Below are positions 1-9,131 of a stretch of 32,510 nucleotides of DNA, piece after piece. The position numbers and the translations under genes are program-made. This stretch comes from Chthoniobacteraceae bacterium. Its GTDB lineage: Bacteria > Verrucomicrobiota > Verrucomicrobiia > Chthoniobacterales > Chthoniobacteraceae. Below the pieces are notes generated by a model. It had not been told where the DNA came from. It ran no database searches and worked only from the letters and a program-made list of their open reading frames with translations. The DNA is taken from assembly GCA_031409655.1 (NCBI GenBank), contig JANNXQ010000270.1, positions 1-32,510 of the forward strand. Direction: 5' to 3'. The stretch's first letter is position 1. The number at the start of each line of letters is the position of its first letter.

Positions 1-879
1 GAAGGCATCGGTGGTGAAATTGTGAAATTCGTCGATGAAGAGAAAGAAGTCGCGGCGCTCGGACTCGGGCTGGTTCACGCGGGCCATCGCGCCGAGCTGG
101 AACTGCGTGGTGAGCAGGCTGCCGAGCAGGTTGGCCTTGTCCGCGCCGAGCCGGCCTTTGGAGAGATTGGCGATGAAGATGCGGCCCGTGTTCATCATGA
201 AAGGCAGGCTCACTTTCGCGCGCACCTGGCCGAGGATGTTACGCACGACGGGATTGAGCAGGAACTGGCCGAGCTTATTTTGGATCGGCGCGATGGCTTC
301 GCGCTGGAAACGCGCATCGTAGTTCTCGAACTCGTCCGTCCAGAAGGCGCGCACGAAGGGGTCGCGTACTTTCGCGACGATGCGGCGGCGATAGTCGGCG
401 TCGGTGAGCATGCGGTTCACGCCGAGCAGGGAAGTATTCGGGCGATCGAGCAGCGCGGCGACGGCGTTGTAGAGGATGTATTCGAGACGCGGCCCCCACG
501 AGTCGCGCCAGATGCTTTTGAACGCGCCGACGATGCCGCTGGCGACGAGGTGCCGGTCATCGGGCGCGACGTTGGCGATAAGATTGAGGCCGATGGGGAA
601 GTCGAGGTCGCCAGGATGAAAATAGACGAGGTCATCCGCGCGATGCGGCGGGATGCAGTCGAGCAGCTCGTCCGCAAGATCCCCGTGCGGATCGATCAAC
701 CCGACGCCGTGCCCGGCGGCGAGATGTTGCACGATCAGATTGCGCAGCAGCGTCGTCTTTCCGGTGCCCGTCTTGCCGATGAGATAGAGATGCTGGCGCC
801 GATCGGAAAGCGAAAGGCCAACGGCCTTCTCGCCGCCCCAGATTTCCTTGATGCCGATGTATGAAAATTGTTCGTCCAT
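1..879 (-). CDS. Type IV coupling protein-like / VirD4-TraD-HerA family P-loop ATPase (3' end runs off the window)
   Basis: Not in the ORF track because it has no stop in the window. Manual translation from ATG 879: MDEQFSYIG...DRRQHLYLIGKTGTGKTTLL (Walker A), LIDPHGDL, WGPRLEYIL, IAPIQNKLGQFL, ANLSKGRLG, RRDFFLFIDEFHNF (Walker B). No N-terminal TM segment. Confidence 0.9.
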   Translation of the reverse strand, partial: MDEQFSYIGIKEIWGGEKAVGLSLSDRRQHLYLIGKTGTGKTTLLRNLIVQHLAAGHGVGLIDPHGDLADELLDCIPPHRADDLVYFHPGDLDFPIGLNLIANVAPDDRHLVASGIVGAFKSIWRDSWGPRLEYILYNAVAALLDRPNTSLLGVNRMLTDADYRRRIVAKVRDPFVRAFWTDEFENYDARFQREAIAPIQNKLGQFLLNPVVRNILGQVRAKVSLPFMMNTGRIFIANLSKGRLGADKANLLGSLLTTQFQLGAMARVNQPESERRDFFLFIDEFHNFTTDAF

Positions 880-1066
880 GATGCCGGAGCCAGCCGCCAC
901 TCCTTCGCCGAGACGCGCGCTTGTGATTCGCGCCGGCTGCCCGTGTCAGATTCAGCCGACGCGAAGCGGCGCTCAAGCGAGACGCATGTCCGCCCGCAAA
1001 ACGCACGAGGGCGAGCGGACGAGGTAATGGAAGCTGGCTGCGATGCCTGACGGTCGGAACAGCTTC

Positions 1067-1095
1067 ATTATACACCCACGAAGCGGATTTCTCGA
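1067..1095 (-). promoter_or_regulatory. Putative sigma70 promoter for the coupling ATPase
   Basis: Minus strand TCGAGA-17 nt-TATAAT; perfect -10 at 1072-1067, weak -35. Confidence 0.4.
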
Positions 1096-1239
1096 CAAGT
1101 GACGGCTCGTTGCGCACCACCGTGTTATGCCGGCGGCATGGCGCGACCATCCAAGCGTAAATTGTGGGCAGCGAGCGCCGTAGGAAATGCGAGTAAAGAT
1201 GCTTGCCTTCTCGTCATTGCAAAGCAGCCTCTCGCACGC

Positions 1240-2499
1240 ATGAAATGCGTGCGGTTCCCCCTCCTCACCCCTCTCCTCCTTGCGGGGATCGGGTCGGCGG
1301 GGGCGGTTCCACCCACGGTGTCGAATGTCCGCGGGTTGCAGCAGGTGTCCGGGCAGGTCGTGGATATATACTACAATCTGACGGACCCGGATTCGGCGGC
1401 GGTGAGCGTGTCGCTGCTGATTTCGAGCGATGGTGGGGCGACTTGGACGGTGCCGGCAACTTCACTCAGTGGGGCGGGGATCGGTGGGGCGGTGGTTCCG
1501 GGGGCGGATCGACATATTGCGTGGAATGCTGGGGCGGACTGGCCGGGGCAGAAGTCCAATTCGATGCGCTTTCGGGTGACCGCAACCGATGATCCGCCCC
1601 CGCCCGCTGGCATGGTGTTGATTCCGGCCGGAAGTTTCCAGATGGGGAACTCGACGAACAGTACCGAGGGCCGAAGCGACGAGCTGCCGGTGCATCCGGT
1701 ATCGGTAAGTGCGTTTTTCATGGATCGATACGAGGTGACGAAACAGTTGTGGGATGAGGTGCGGGCGTGGGGGGCAAGTAATGGACGTGGGTACACGGAT
1801 TTACCGTTGGGGTCGTATGGCGGGACGACAAACTTTAGCAAGGGGGCGAATCACCCGGTGCACTACGTCGGTTGGTTTGCGGTGGCGAAGTGGTGCAACG
1901 CTCGATCCGAAATGAATGGGCTGCTGCCGGTGTACTACACTAACGATGCGCAGACGACGATCTACAAGACCGGGAGCGTGAATTTGACCAATACTCAAGT
2001 AAAATGGGGGGCGAATGGGTATCGGTTGCCGACAGAAGCGGAGTGGGAGAAGGCGGCGCGAGGCGGATCGTCCGGGCAGCGTTTTCCTTCAGGAGCGACG
2101 ATTTCCCACACGCAGGCTAACTATTTGGTGTATTCCGCAGATGGGACGACGAACTACTATACTTATGACGTAAGTCCCACGCGGGACCATCATCCGACGT
2201 TTGCTGTAAATGGAAATCCTTACACGAGTCCTGTCGGTTACTTTGCACCAAACGGATATGGCTTATATGATATGGCTGGAAATATTTGGGAGTGGTGCTG
2301 GGACGGGTATGGAGCGAGTTACTACGACACTTCTACGAGCAGTGATCCACTGGGTCCCCCAGCGGGCCTTAACCGGGTAATGCGCGGAGGTGGCTGGGAC
2401 GATTACGCATTAACGGCTCGCGCGGCCTCTCGTTCCTACGGTTCGTCGTTCGGTTCGCCCTACCTAATGTTATTCGGCTTCCGCTGTGCCCGCCGGTAG
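1240..2499 (+). CDS. Secreted formylglycine-generating enzyme (SUMF1/FGE-sulfatase, C-type lectin fold) domain protein
   Basis: Signal-like N-terminus from ATG 1240 (MKCVRFPLLTPLLLAGIGSAGA); motifs MVLIPAGSFQMG, YEVT, GYRLPTEAEWEKAARGG, NGYGLYDMAGNIWEWCWD, RGGGW, GFRC. Confidence 0.92.
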   Translation: MKCVRFPLLTPLLLAGIGSAGAVPPTVSNVRGLQQVSGQVVDIYYNLTDPDSAAVSVSLLISSDGGATWTVPATSLSGAGIGGAVVPGADRHIAWNAGADWPGQKSNSMRFRVTATDDPPPPAGMVLIPAGSFQMGNSTNSTEGRSDELPVHPVSVSAFFMDRYEVTKQLWDEVRAWGASNGRGYTDLPLGSYGGTTNFSKGANHPVHYVGWFAVAKWCNARSEMNGLLPVYYTNDAQTTIYKTGSVNLTNTQVKWGANGYRLPTEAEWEKAARGGSSGQRFPSGATISHTQANYLVYSADGTTNYYTYDVSPTRDHHPTFAVNGNPYTSPVGYFAPNGYGLYDMAGNIWEWCWDGYGASYYDTSTSSDPLGPPAGLNRVMRGGGWDDYALTARAASRSYGSSFGSPYLMLFGFRCARR

Positions 2500-2578
2500 G
2501 AGCCATGAATGCTCGCCCCTCTGCCACGTTCGACGCACCTTGCGGAGTGCCGGGCGCTTTTTCCGCGTCGCGGACACT

Positions 2579-5500
2579 ATGAAATTTCTCACGGGACTCA
2601 TTTTCTTTGCGGCCTTCCTCGCCGTGCGTCTCGATGCGGAGGCGGGAACGAGCACCTCGGGAAACATCTCGGTGGATACGACAGGCCCTGCGGGCAACGT
2701 GACGGTGACGATGTTTCGCGCGAAGGAGAGCGCAGTGCTCGAAAATGCCGTCGAGGGCGTTTCGGCCGACGAACCTTTGCGGGTGAAGGCGATCACTCCG
2801 GCGACGATGGCAAGCCTGGCGGTCGTGCCGGCTTGGAACTCTTCCACCAATACCGGCGGTGGCTTGGTGGCCGATGGCGTGACACCTCTCATCTTCCGAA
2901 TCGCAGCCAATGGCACGCCTTCCGCGAGTGGCGACCGTTACGTGGTTGCGGTCGGGAAAAAGTGGGATGGTGTCTTGAGCTTCCCATTTCCGAGATTGTC
3001 CCTGGCCGGGAGTGCGGTGTCTTCGCCGGAAGCATGGATCACCCTGACTCCGGCAAATCCGGTAGCGTTTGTCGTGTTGAACGCAATTCAGGCGGAGGAT
3101 CTCATGGAGACTGGCTTTCCAGGAGTAGTGGTGGCGACGCTGACAGTGCGGGATGCAACTAACGGAAAGCGCCGTGGCGAAATCGACTTCGGTGTCAGCT
3201 TTCCTCCGGTGGTCCTGGTGCATGGATACAACGTCAGCGATCCGCAAGATTGGGGAACTGACTTTAGGTATAATCTCCGTGTAGGGCGTCCGGACGATTT
3301 TGTAATCGTCGCGAGCTATGGAGTCGAAAATGACTTCAATACAACTGGCAGCTTGGGGGAACTGACAAAGACACTTTATGGAGTGTTACTGGTGGGAATG
3401 GAAAAGGAGGGCAGCCGCTCCGCTGTTTTGAATCAGTGGGCTTGGACTCGGTATGATGCCGTGGGGCACAGCCAGGGCGGCGTTCTGCTCCGGCTGCTTT
3501 GCTCGCAACGAGAGAAAATCGGCGGCGGCACGGTTTACGAAAACGGCTTCGACCCTTGGAGAAATCATCGGAATCATTATCGCGGGCGTTTTCATCGAGT
3601 TGTGACGATCGGCTCACCGCACGCGGGCTCGACGCTGGCGGAGCTAGGTATTCAACTCCAGAATGAGGGTGTACCTATCCGGTATGAGACTGCCGCTGAG
3701 CTCGCGGCTCTGGCGGCTGGCGGACCCCTCGTCGGTCCGTTCTGGGCACAGGAGATCAAGGATGAAGTGAAGAGGCTTTTCCAATCGAAGTTTCGAGTCG
3801 GCTCGCCGAGCCAACTGGCCACAATCAACGATGCGTTCCAGTGCGATCCGTATGCGCGCCTGCACCTTTTGCGGACCACGATTTACGGTGGGCTCGCGCC
3901 AGGGGAAAGCGGGAATGGCTGGTGGCCTTTTTACTACAGTGCGCTGTATCTGAATGAGGCGACGCCGACGGTGAATGGCCTGAGCCCCGGCGAGGTGGTG
4001 GCACCGAACGGTGCGGATGGGGTGGTGGACACGGACAGCCAGGGGGCCGGCGCAGGCAGCAATCACACCAGCGCGATCACCGGCGAGAATATCATCCACG
4101 CTGACGTTCCTTACCTAGACGATGAAGTGGGGGATACGCACTCGCAGACGGTCGCGGATAAAGTGGCTGAACTGCTCAAGGGGTCGGCGGCGGCATTCGG
4201 CCCGGTGACGATTCCCGCGGCTTTGAAGGCCACGATGGCAGTTCGGCGGGAGAATATCCTGACGCTCGCACAGGCAATTCGTGGTGGGCAGAGGCGCGAA
4301 CCGGGTTCGTTGTACTCAGGTGGGGGTGGAGGCGGAGGGGGCGGCGGAGGATTTCTAATTCCTGCGCCGGGCGAAACAGGCAAAACTGCATCCTTCACGG
4401 ATCAGACGCTCCACTTCACGCTGCAGCCGCCGGCAGGTGAATCGCCGAACGGACCGGTCGAATGGACGACCGTGGTTTATGGGCCGGAAGGGATGGCTGC
4501 CACGGGCCTGACTATGACGACCGCCGGCACGTCTGGCGACGAGTTGACGATGTTCGTCGCAGCCTCGGTGCAAGGGCAGGTGGTGTTGAGCGTGAGCTTT
4601 CGCTCGACGAGCGGGAAGATGGTGTTCGGCTCGCCGCAAGTGGTGCTGAACCGCCCGACGGGTAGTGTGCTTACGAGCCTCGCTCTATCTCCCGCGGTCA
4701 TCGAATTGCAAGTGGGCGCCGAGGTGTCATTGGCGTTGTCGGGCATCTACGACGGCACGGTGTCGAGCCGGTTGTTCACCAATGCGGCGAACACGTCGTT
4801 TGTGTCATCCGATCCCAGCGTAGCGACAGTGGACGCGGACGGTCGCGTAAAGCTCATCGCATTGGGGATGGCGAGGATCACCGCGACCTACAATGGGACG
4901 CTCATGGCAGCGGTCGTGGTGACGGTGTTGGATGTGGCGCCGGTGGTGGTGAGTCCCCCGACGATCCCCGCGACGGTGGGGCAGTATCTCTCGCTCCAGC
5001 TTTCAGCTTCGCAGGTCGTGCAATCTTTCACGATGGATGCGCTGCCGACGGGGCTCTCGCTTGATGCGCAGTCGGGGCTGATCGAAGGGGTGCCGACGAC
5101 GGAGGGGCGCTTCCCCGCGGTGGTGACGGTGCAGAATGCCAATGGGACGGGGAGCAAGCAGATGGAATTTGTGATCGCGGGCGTGCCGGGTGCGCCGACG
5201 GATGTGAGCTTGGATGCGGCGGGGGTGAATGGCGGGAAGCCGGTGGGAACGGTGGTCGGGCGTCTGGTGACGGTCGATCCGAACCCGCTCGACACTTTCA
5301 CCTACCAACTCGTGAGCGGCGCGGGCGGCGCGGACAACGGGCTCTTCACGATCGCGGGCAACTCGCTGGTGACGGCGGCGGTGCTCAATCGAGCGGCGAC
5401 GAGCACGGTGACCATTCGGGTGCGGACGACGGATTCGTGGGGCGCGAGCTTTGAGAAGGCGCTGGTGCTGCCGGTGGGCACGCCGCCGGCGATCGTGCGG

Positions 5501-6124
5501 CAGCCGGATGCGCGGGAGGTCTTCGTCGGCGAGAGCGCGATCTTCTTCGTGGAAACGACGGGGCTCGAACCGCTGCAATACCAGTGGAAGAAGGGGGGCG
5601 TGGACGTGGCCGGCGCGACAAGCCGCATCTTCGAGGTCTCCGCGGCGTCGCTGGCGGATGCGGGGAATTACACGGTCGCGGTGAGCAACGGCGACGGCAG
5701 CGTGACGAGTGCGGCAGCGAGCCTGGCGGTGAATCCGATCACGTATGGCAAGTGGGCAGCGGCGCTGCCGTCCGGGATGGCGTCGGCGCTCTTCGAGCCG
5801 GGGGCGGACTACAATGCAGATGGGATCGTGAACTTCCTGGACTTCGCCTTCGGCGTGCAGCCGGGGCTTGAGTCAGGCGTCGGCGCGCAGCCCTCCGTGT
5901 CGCGCGATGCGCTCGGCTATGTGCTGACTTATCGCGAGGCGGATAGCGTCTCGCCCCTCACGTATCGCATCCTGAAATCGGTGAACCTCGGCGCGTGGAC
6001 GGAGCATGTGCCCGTCGTCGGCGACGTGACACGGACGAATCTCGGCACCCACACAGTCGTGGCTGTGCGGGTGCCCTCGCCTGCTCCCGGGTTGTTCTTC
6101 AAACTGGAGGTGAGTTCTCAGTAG
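2579..6124 (+). CDS. Large secreted alpha/beta-hydrolase (lipase-like) with Ig-like, putative-Ig, cadherin and immunoglobulin domains
   Basis: Signal peptide from ATG 2579 (MKFLTGLIFFAAFLAVRLDA); PVVLVHG, GHSQGG nucleophile elbow, VTIGSPHAGS, DGVV; poly-Gly linker; SSDPSVATVD, LPTGLSLD, FTYQLVSGAGGADNGLFTI, PLQYQWKK...DAGNYTV. Confidence 0.88.
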   Translation: MKFLTGLIFFAAFLAVRLDAEAGTSTSGNISVDTTGPAGNVTVTMFRAKESAVLENAVEGVSADEPLRVKAITPATMASLAVVPAWNSSTNTGGGLVADGVTPLIFRIAANGTPSASGDRYVVAVGKKWDGVLSFPFPRLSLAGSAVSSPEAWITLTPANPVAFVVLNAIQAEDLMETGFPGVVVATLTVRDATNGKRRGEIDFGVSFPPVVLVHGYNVSDPQDWGTDFRYNLRVGRPDDFVIVASYGVENDFNTTGSLGELTKTLYGVLLVGMEKEGSRSAVLNQWAWTRYDAVGHSQGGVLLRLLCSQREKIGGGTVYENGFDPWRNHRNHYRGRFHRVVTIGSPHAGSTLAELGIQLQNEGVPIRYETAAELAALAAGGPLVGPFWAQEIKDEVKRLFQSKFRVGSPSQLATINDAFQCDPYARLHLLRTTIYGGLAPGESGNGWWPFYYSALYLNEATPTVNGLSPGEVVAPNGADGVVDTDSQGAGAGSNHTSAITGENIIHADVPYLDDEVGDTHSQTVADKVAELLKGSAAAFGPVTIPAALKATMAVRRENILTLAQAIRGGQRREPGSLYSGGGGGGGGGGGFLIPAPGETGKTASFTDQTLHFTLQPPAGESPNGPVEWTTVVYGPEGMAATGLTMTTAGTSGDELTMFVAASVQGQVVLSVSFRSTSGKMVFGSPQVVLNRPTGSVLTSLALSPAVIELQVGAEVSLALSGIYDGTVSSRLFTNAANTSFVSSDPSVATVDADGRVKLIALGMARITATYNGTLMAAVVVTVLDVAPVVVSPPTIPATVGQYLSLQLSASQVVQSFTMDALPTGLSLDAQSGLIEGVPTTEGRFPAVVTVQNANGTGSKQMEFVIAGVPGAPTDVSLDAAGVNGGKPVGTVVGRLVTVDPNPLDTFTYQLVSGAGGADNGLFTIAGNSLVTAAVLNRAATSTVTIRVRTTDSWGASFEKALVLPVGTPPAIVRQPDAREVFVGESAIFFVETTGLEPLQYQWKKGGVDVAGATSRIFEVSAASLADAGNYTVAVSNGDGSVTSAAASLAVNPITYGKWAAALPSGMASALFEPGADYNADGIVNFLDFAFGVQPGLESGVGAQPSVSRDALGYVLTYREADSVSPLTYRILKSVNLGAWTEHVPVVGDVTRTNLGTHTVVAVRVPSPAPGLFFKLEVSSQ

Positions 6125-6417
6125 CGGGATGCCGGAAGAGTCGGGGCCGTAGGCGCGAGCGCATTTTTCATCCGGGGGGAACAGAGCGAGGTAGTTCATC
6201 GCGTTCGCGCGAAGTCGTCGTCCGGCTCGCTAGACCGGATGTGTCGTGCGTGCGTGAGCACGAGGTTGTCCTTTACGAAAACCAGTTCCCCCAAGGTTGT
6301 CGGCAGGCGCTAGCCGGAACGTCGTAAGCGTCATGCATAGCTCCGTGCGGTTTTCGTTGACGGCGCAGGTTGACCGATGCCGGGAGGTATAAATTGCGTA
6401 GCGGACAGCTACGGAAC

Positions 6418-8025
6418 TTACGCAGCGGCTTGCGTGGTGTGGCCTTGCCTGCGGGCTTTGCTCCAGGCTTCCGGGGTGACCTCGGGGATTTGGCTGGTGG
6501 TCATCTTCGGCAGGCGCGTGAGCACGTCGCGCAGGTAGGCCTGCGGGTCGATCCCACGGCGGCGGCAGCTTTCGACGAGGGTGTAGAGGATCGCTCCGCG
6601 ATGGCCGGCCTCGGCCTCGCCGATGAACAGCCAGTTCTTTTTGCCGATGGCCGTTGGGCGGATGGCGTTCTCGACCCGGTTATTGTCGATGGCGATGCGG
6701 CCGTCGCGCAGGAACGCTTCGAGCGCGGGCCATTGGCCGAGCGTGTAAGTGATGGCTTTGCCCAGCGCGCTTTGGGGCAGGTGCCGCGGGCGGATGCGCA
6801 GCAGCGCGGCGCGGATGCGGCGCAGGATCATCGCGCTTTGCGCAGCGCGCACGGCCTGGCACAGCGCTGGTCCGACGCGATGCTCTCGCAGGTGCTCTTC
6901 GATCTGGTAGAGCTGGGCGATCTGCCGCAGCAGCCAACCGATGGTGCGCGGGGCACTCTCGCGAGCCTGATGGATGGCGCGACGGGCATGCGCCCAGCAG
7001 CCAGCCAGCGTGATCGCCTCCACTCCGGCACGGCTATTGTGTGCGCGCACGAAGGCGGGGTAGGCGCTGTAGCCGTCGGTCTGCAGCGTGCCGCGAAAGC
7101 CGGCGGGGATGATGGTTTCCAGACAGGCGGCGGCGCGACTCACGGCCCAATGAAAAACGGTGTCGCCGCCGGGGCGCGCGCAGGTCCAGAGGTAGCCGAG
7201 TTTGGTTTCGCCATGGCCGGGAACCAGATACTCGACCGGCGTTTCATCCACCTGCACATAACCGCCGCCGAGCACCCCGGTGCGGATGTGTTCGTAGATC
7301 GGGCGCAGCCAATCGGCGGCCAGGCCCATCCACTGCGCCATCGTCTGGCGCGGGATCGCGACGTCGTGGCGCGTGGCGAAGATCTGCTCCTGCCGATAAA
7401 GCGGAAGGTGATCGACGTATTTTCCGACGACGATCGCGGCGATCAGGCCGGGTGCGGCCAGGCAGCGGTCTTGCAAAGTGCAAAGCGGCGCGAGGATCGG
7501 CGCGGCGAAGGGATGGTCGCGCCGTGCGTATTTGCGCCGCACGATCCGGCGTTTGAAGAAGCGCGCCGGCTCGTAGTCGAGTTGCTCGGTCACTTCCTCG
7601 CCAATGCAACGCCATGCTTGTGGACAGGCTTTGACCGGCTCGGGATCGATCACCTCCTGGACGACCGGCAGGTGCGCCGGGATGCGCGGCCCGCGCTCAC
7701 GCGGAGGCGATGGGACCGTCGAGCGCCGTGGTGCCTCCGCTTCCACGGGCTCCGGGGCTTTTCCCGGCGCATCGAGTCCTTGCAGCATCAGGAGCAGTTG
7801 CCCGGGATCGAGCTTCTGCCAGCGCCCTCCGGCGCTGCCCTGCGGGCTGCCTGCGGCAGGCTATCTCGCTCCGCTCGGTTCGCTCTGCGCGCCGTAGAGC
7901 CTTTTGATCAGCGCATCGATCTTTTCCCGCAGCAGCTTGTTCTCGCCCTGCAACTCGACAAGCTGTGCCGCCGAGCGTGCGAGTTGTTCGGATAACTCGG
8001 TTTCGCGCGAGGTTGGATCAGGCAC
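6418..8025 (-). pseudogene. tnpC: IS66 DDE transposase interrupted by an in-frame TAG inside a 63-bp insertion
   Basis: The N-terminal leucine-zipper part (GTG 8025, ...LLREKIDALIKRLYGAQSE) and the main part (KYVDHLPLYRQE, VDET, LQTDGY, CWAHARR, DNNRVENAIRP, GKKNWLF) are in the same frame, separated by TAG at 7863-7861. Confidence 0.88.
7816..7879. repeat. 63-bp palindromic mini-hairpin insertion in tnpC
   Basis: Removing 63 nt restores ...GAQSE-KLDPGQLLL. The insert (minus strand) contains GC-GGA-GC, CTGCC-GCA-GGCAG, CCC-GCA-GGG and CAGCGCC-GGAG-GGCGCTG. Boundaries are ambiguous by 1-2 nt. Confidence 0.75.
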
Positions 8026-8089
8026 GCTGCTTCTACCCACTGACACTCAGTGTTGTTAGTCAGCCTTTTGTTACTAACTCGATTTTGTT

Positions 8090-8443
8090 TTACTCGCGCT
8101 CAAACCAAGGCCGCATCTTCGCCCCGCGCAGGTCGATCCCGTCGGTGAGCATCGCCAGCGCCTCGGGCCGCAGCGCCAGCTTCGGCGCGCCGATCTCCTC
8201 CACTTTCGGCCACGCAAAGGTTCCTTTCTCCAGCCGCTTGGTCAAAAGCCATAAGCCGCTGCCGTCGAAGTAAAGCACCTTCAGCCGCGTGTGCCGCTTG
8301 TTGGTAAAGACGAACAATGCGCCCGAACGCACCTCCTCGCGCAGTCGCTCCCCGACCAGCGCGTGCAACCCCTCGAAGCCCTTGCGCATGTCGGCCGGTT
8401 CCACCGCCAGGAACACCCGCACGCTGCCGGCAAAACTCAGCAC
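8090..8443 (-). CDS. tnpB: IS66 accessory protein TnpB
   Basis: DMRKGFEGL, LFVFTNKRHTRLKVLYFDGSGLWLLTKRLEKGTFAWP; GTG 8443 overlaps the tnpA stop. Confidence 0.93.
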   Translation of the reverse strand: MLSFAGSVRVFLAVEPADMRKGFEGLHALVGERLREEVRSGALFVFTNKRHTRLKVLYFDGSGLWLLTKRLEKGTFAWPKVEEIGAPKLALRPEALAMLTDGIDLRGAKMRPWFERE

Positions 8444-8826
8444 GCCGATCCTCCCCCGCCAAACACCCGCAACAACTGCGCCGCCAGCACCACCTGCGCC
8501 GCATCGCCCACCTCCAGGCGCGCACCGCCCGGCAGATGGACCGTCAACGTCCGCGCCGCGCCAGCCTTCGCCTCCTCCACCGTCGCCTCCACCCACTGCA
8601 ACGCCACAGGCTCTTGGCACCCTGGCGCCGCGCCATAACCCCGTCGCTTCCGGCGCTTCTGCACCCACGAAGTGAAGGTCGAATATTTGACCCCGAGGTG
8701 GGCCGCAAACTTCGCCGCCGGCAGCCCGCTGCGTTCAAACTCATCCAGCACCGCTTCGCGCTGCTCCCGGGGCGTCCACACCCGCCCCGCCGCGTCCACT
8801 TTCAAAATTCGTTCGGTCTGGGTCAT
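8437..8826 (-). CDS. tnpA: IS66 accessory protein TnpA (HTH)
   Basis: EFERSGLPAAKFAAHLGVKYSTFTSW, VHLPGGARLEV; first gene inside the IS end. Confidence 0.88.
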   Translation of the reverse strand: MTQTERILKVDAAGRVWTPREQREAVLDEFERSGLPAAKFAAHLGVKYSTFTSWVQKRRKRRGYGAAPGCQEPVALQWVEATVEEAKAGAARTLTVHLPGGARLEVGDAAQVVLAAQLLRVFGGGGSAC

Positions 8827-9131
8827 AGATTGCGTAGCGTAACGCCTCCGCAATCTATGACCACCGCTCCTCAACGGCGCGCCGCGTGACGCTTACGGAA
8901 CGTCCGACTTCGCGCGTTTTGGTCAGGTCGGAATGGTTAATGGAGACTGACCTGATAACCGGATGGAAAATGCGCGAAGTCGGGCGTTGCCCGACAACCT
9001 TGGGGGAGCCAGTAACCGCGCCGTTGAGCCGCGAAATCGTCGCGCCCTCGGCGCGCGCCCCTACATACCATGTTTGTAGGGGCAGCCAGTAGGGAAGCGA
9101 AGCGACAATCGTCAATTCTACGAAAGCTTCG

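Larger units (their letters stand above)
6324..8896 (-). mobile_element. IS66-family insertion sequence, 2573 bp, complete ends
   Basis: Terminal IRs begin GTAAGCGTCA (18/23 match; 6324-6346 and 8874-8896); 8-bp direct repeat GGAACGTC at 6316-6323 and 8897-8904; tnpA-tnpB-tnpC gene order. Confidence 0.96.

Noticed and set aside
22..864. 280-aa + strand ORF
   Set aside because: Antisense shadow of the minus-strand ATPase, which has clear Walker A and B motifs.
2370..2499. FGE/CLec C-terminus as a DGR variable region
   Set aside because: The fold is a known DGR target, but I found no template repeat or reverse transcriptase in the window. A remote DGR cannot be excluded.
7861..7863. Pyrrolysine or programmed recoding at the tnpC TAG
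   Set aside because: No pyl genes are in view and the stop lies in an apparent insertion; simple inactivation is more parsimonious.
6370..7995. 541-aa + strand ORF
   Set aside because: Antisense shadow of IS66 tnpC.
8921..8956. SRP RNA, 6S RNA or integron attC identity for the hairpin
   Set aside because: GGTCAGGTC resembles SRP, but the GGAAGGAAGCAGC motif is missing. There is no symmetric 6S-like central bubble, no clear attC R boxes and no integrase.
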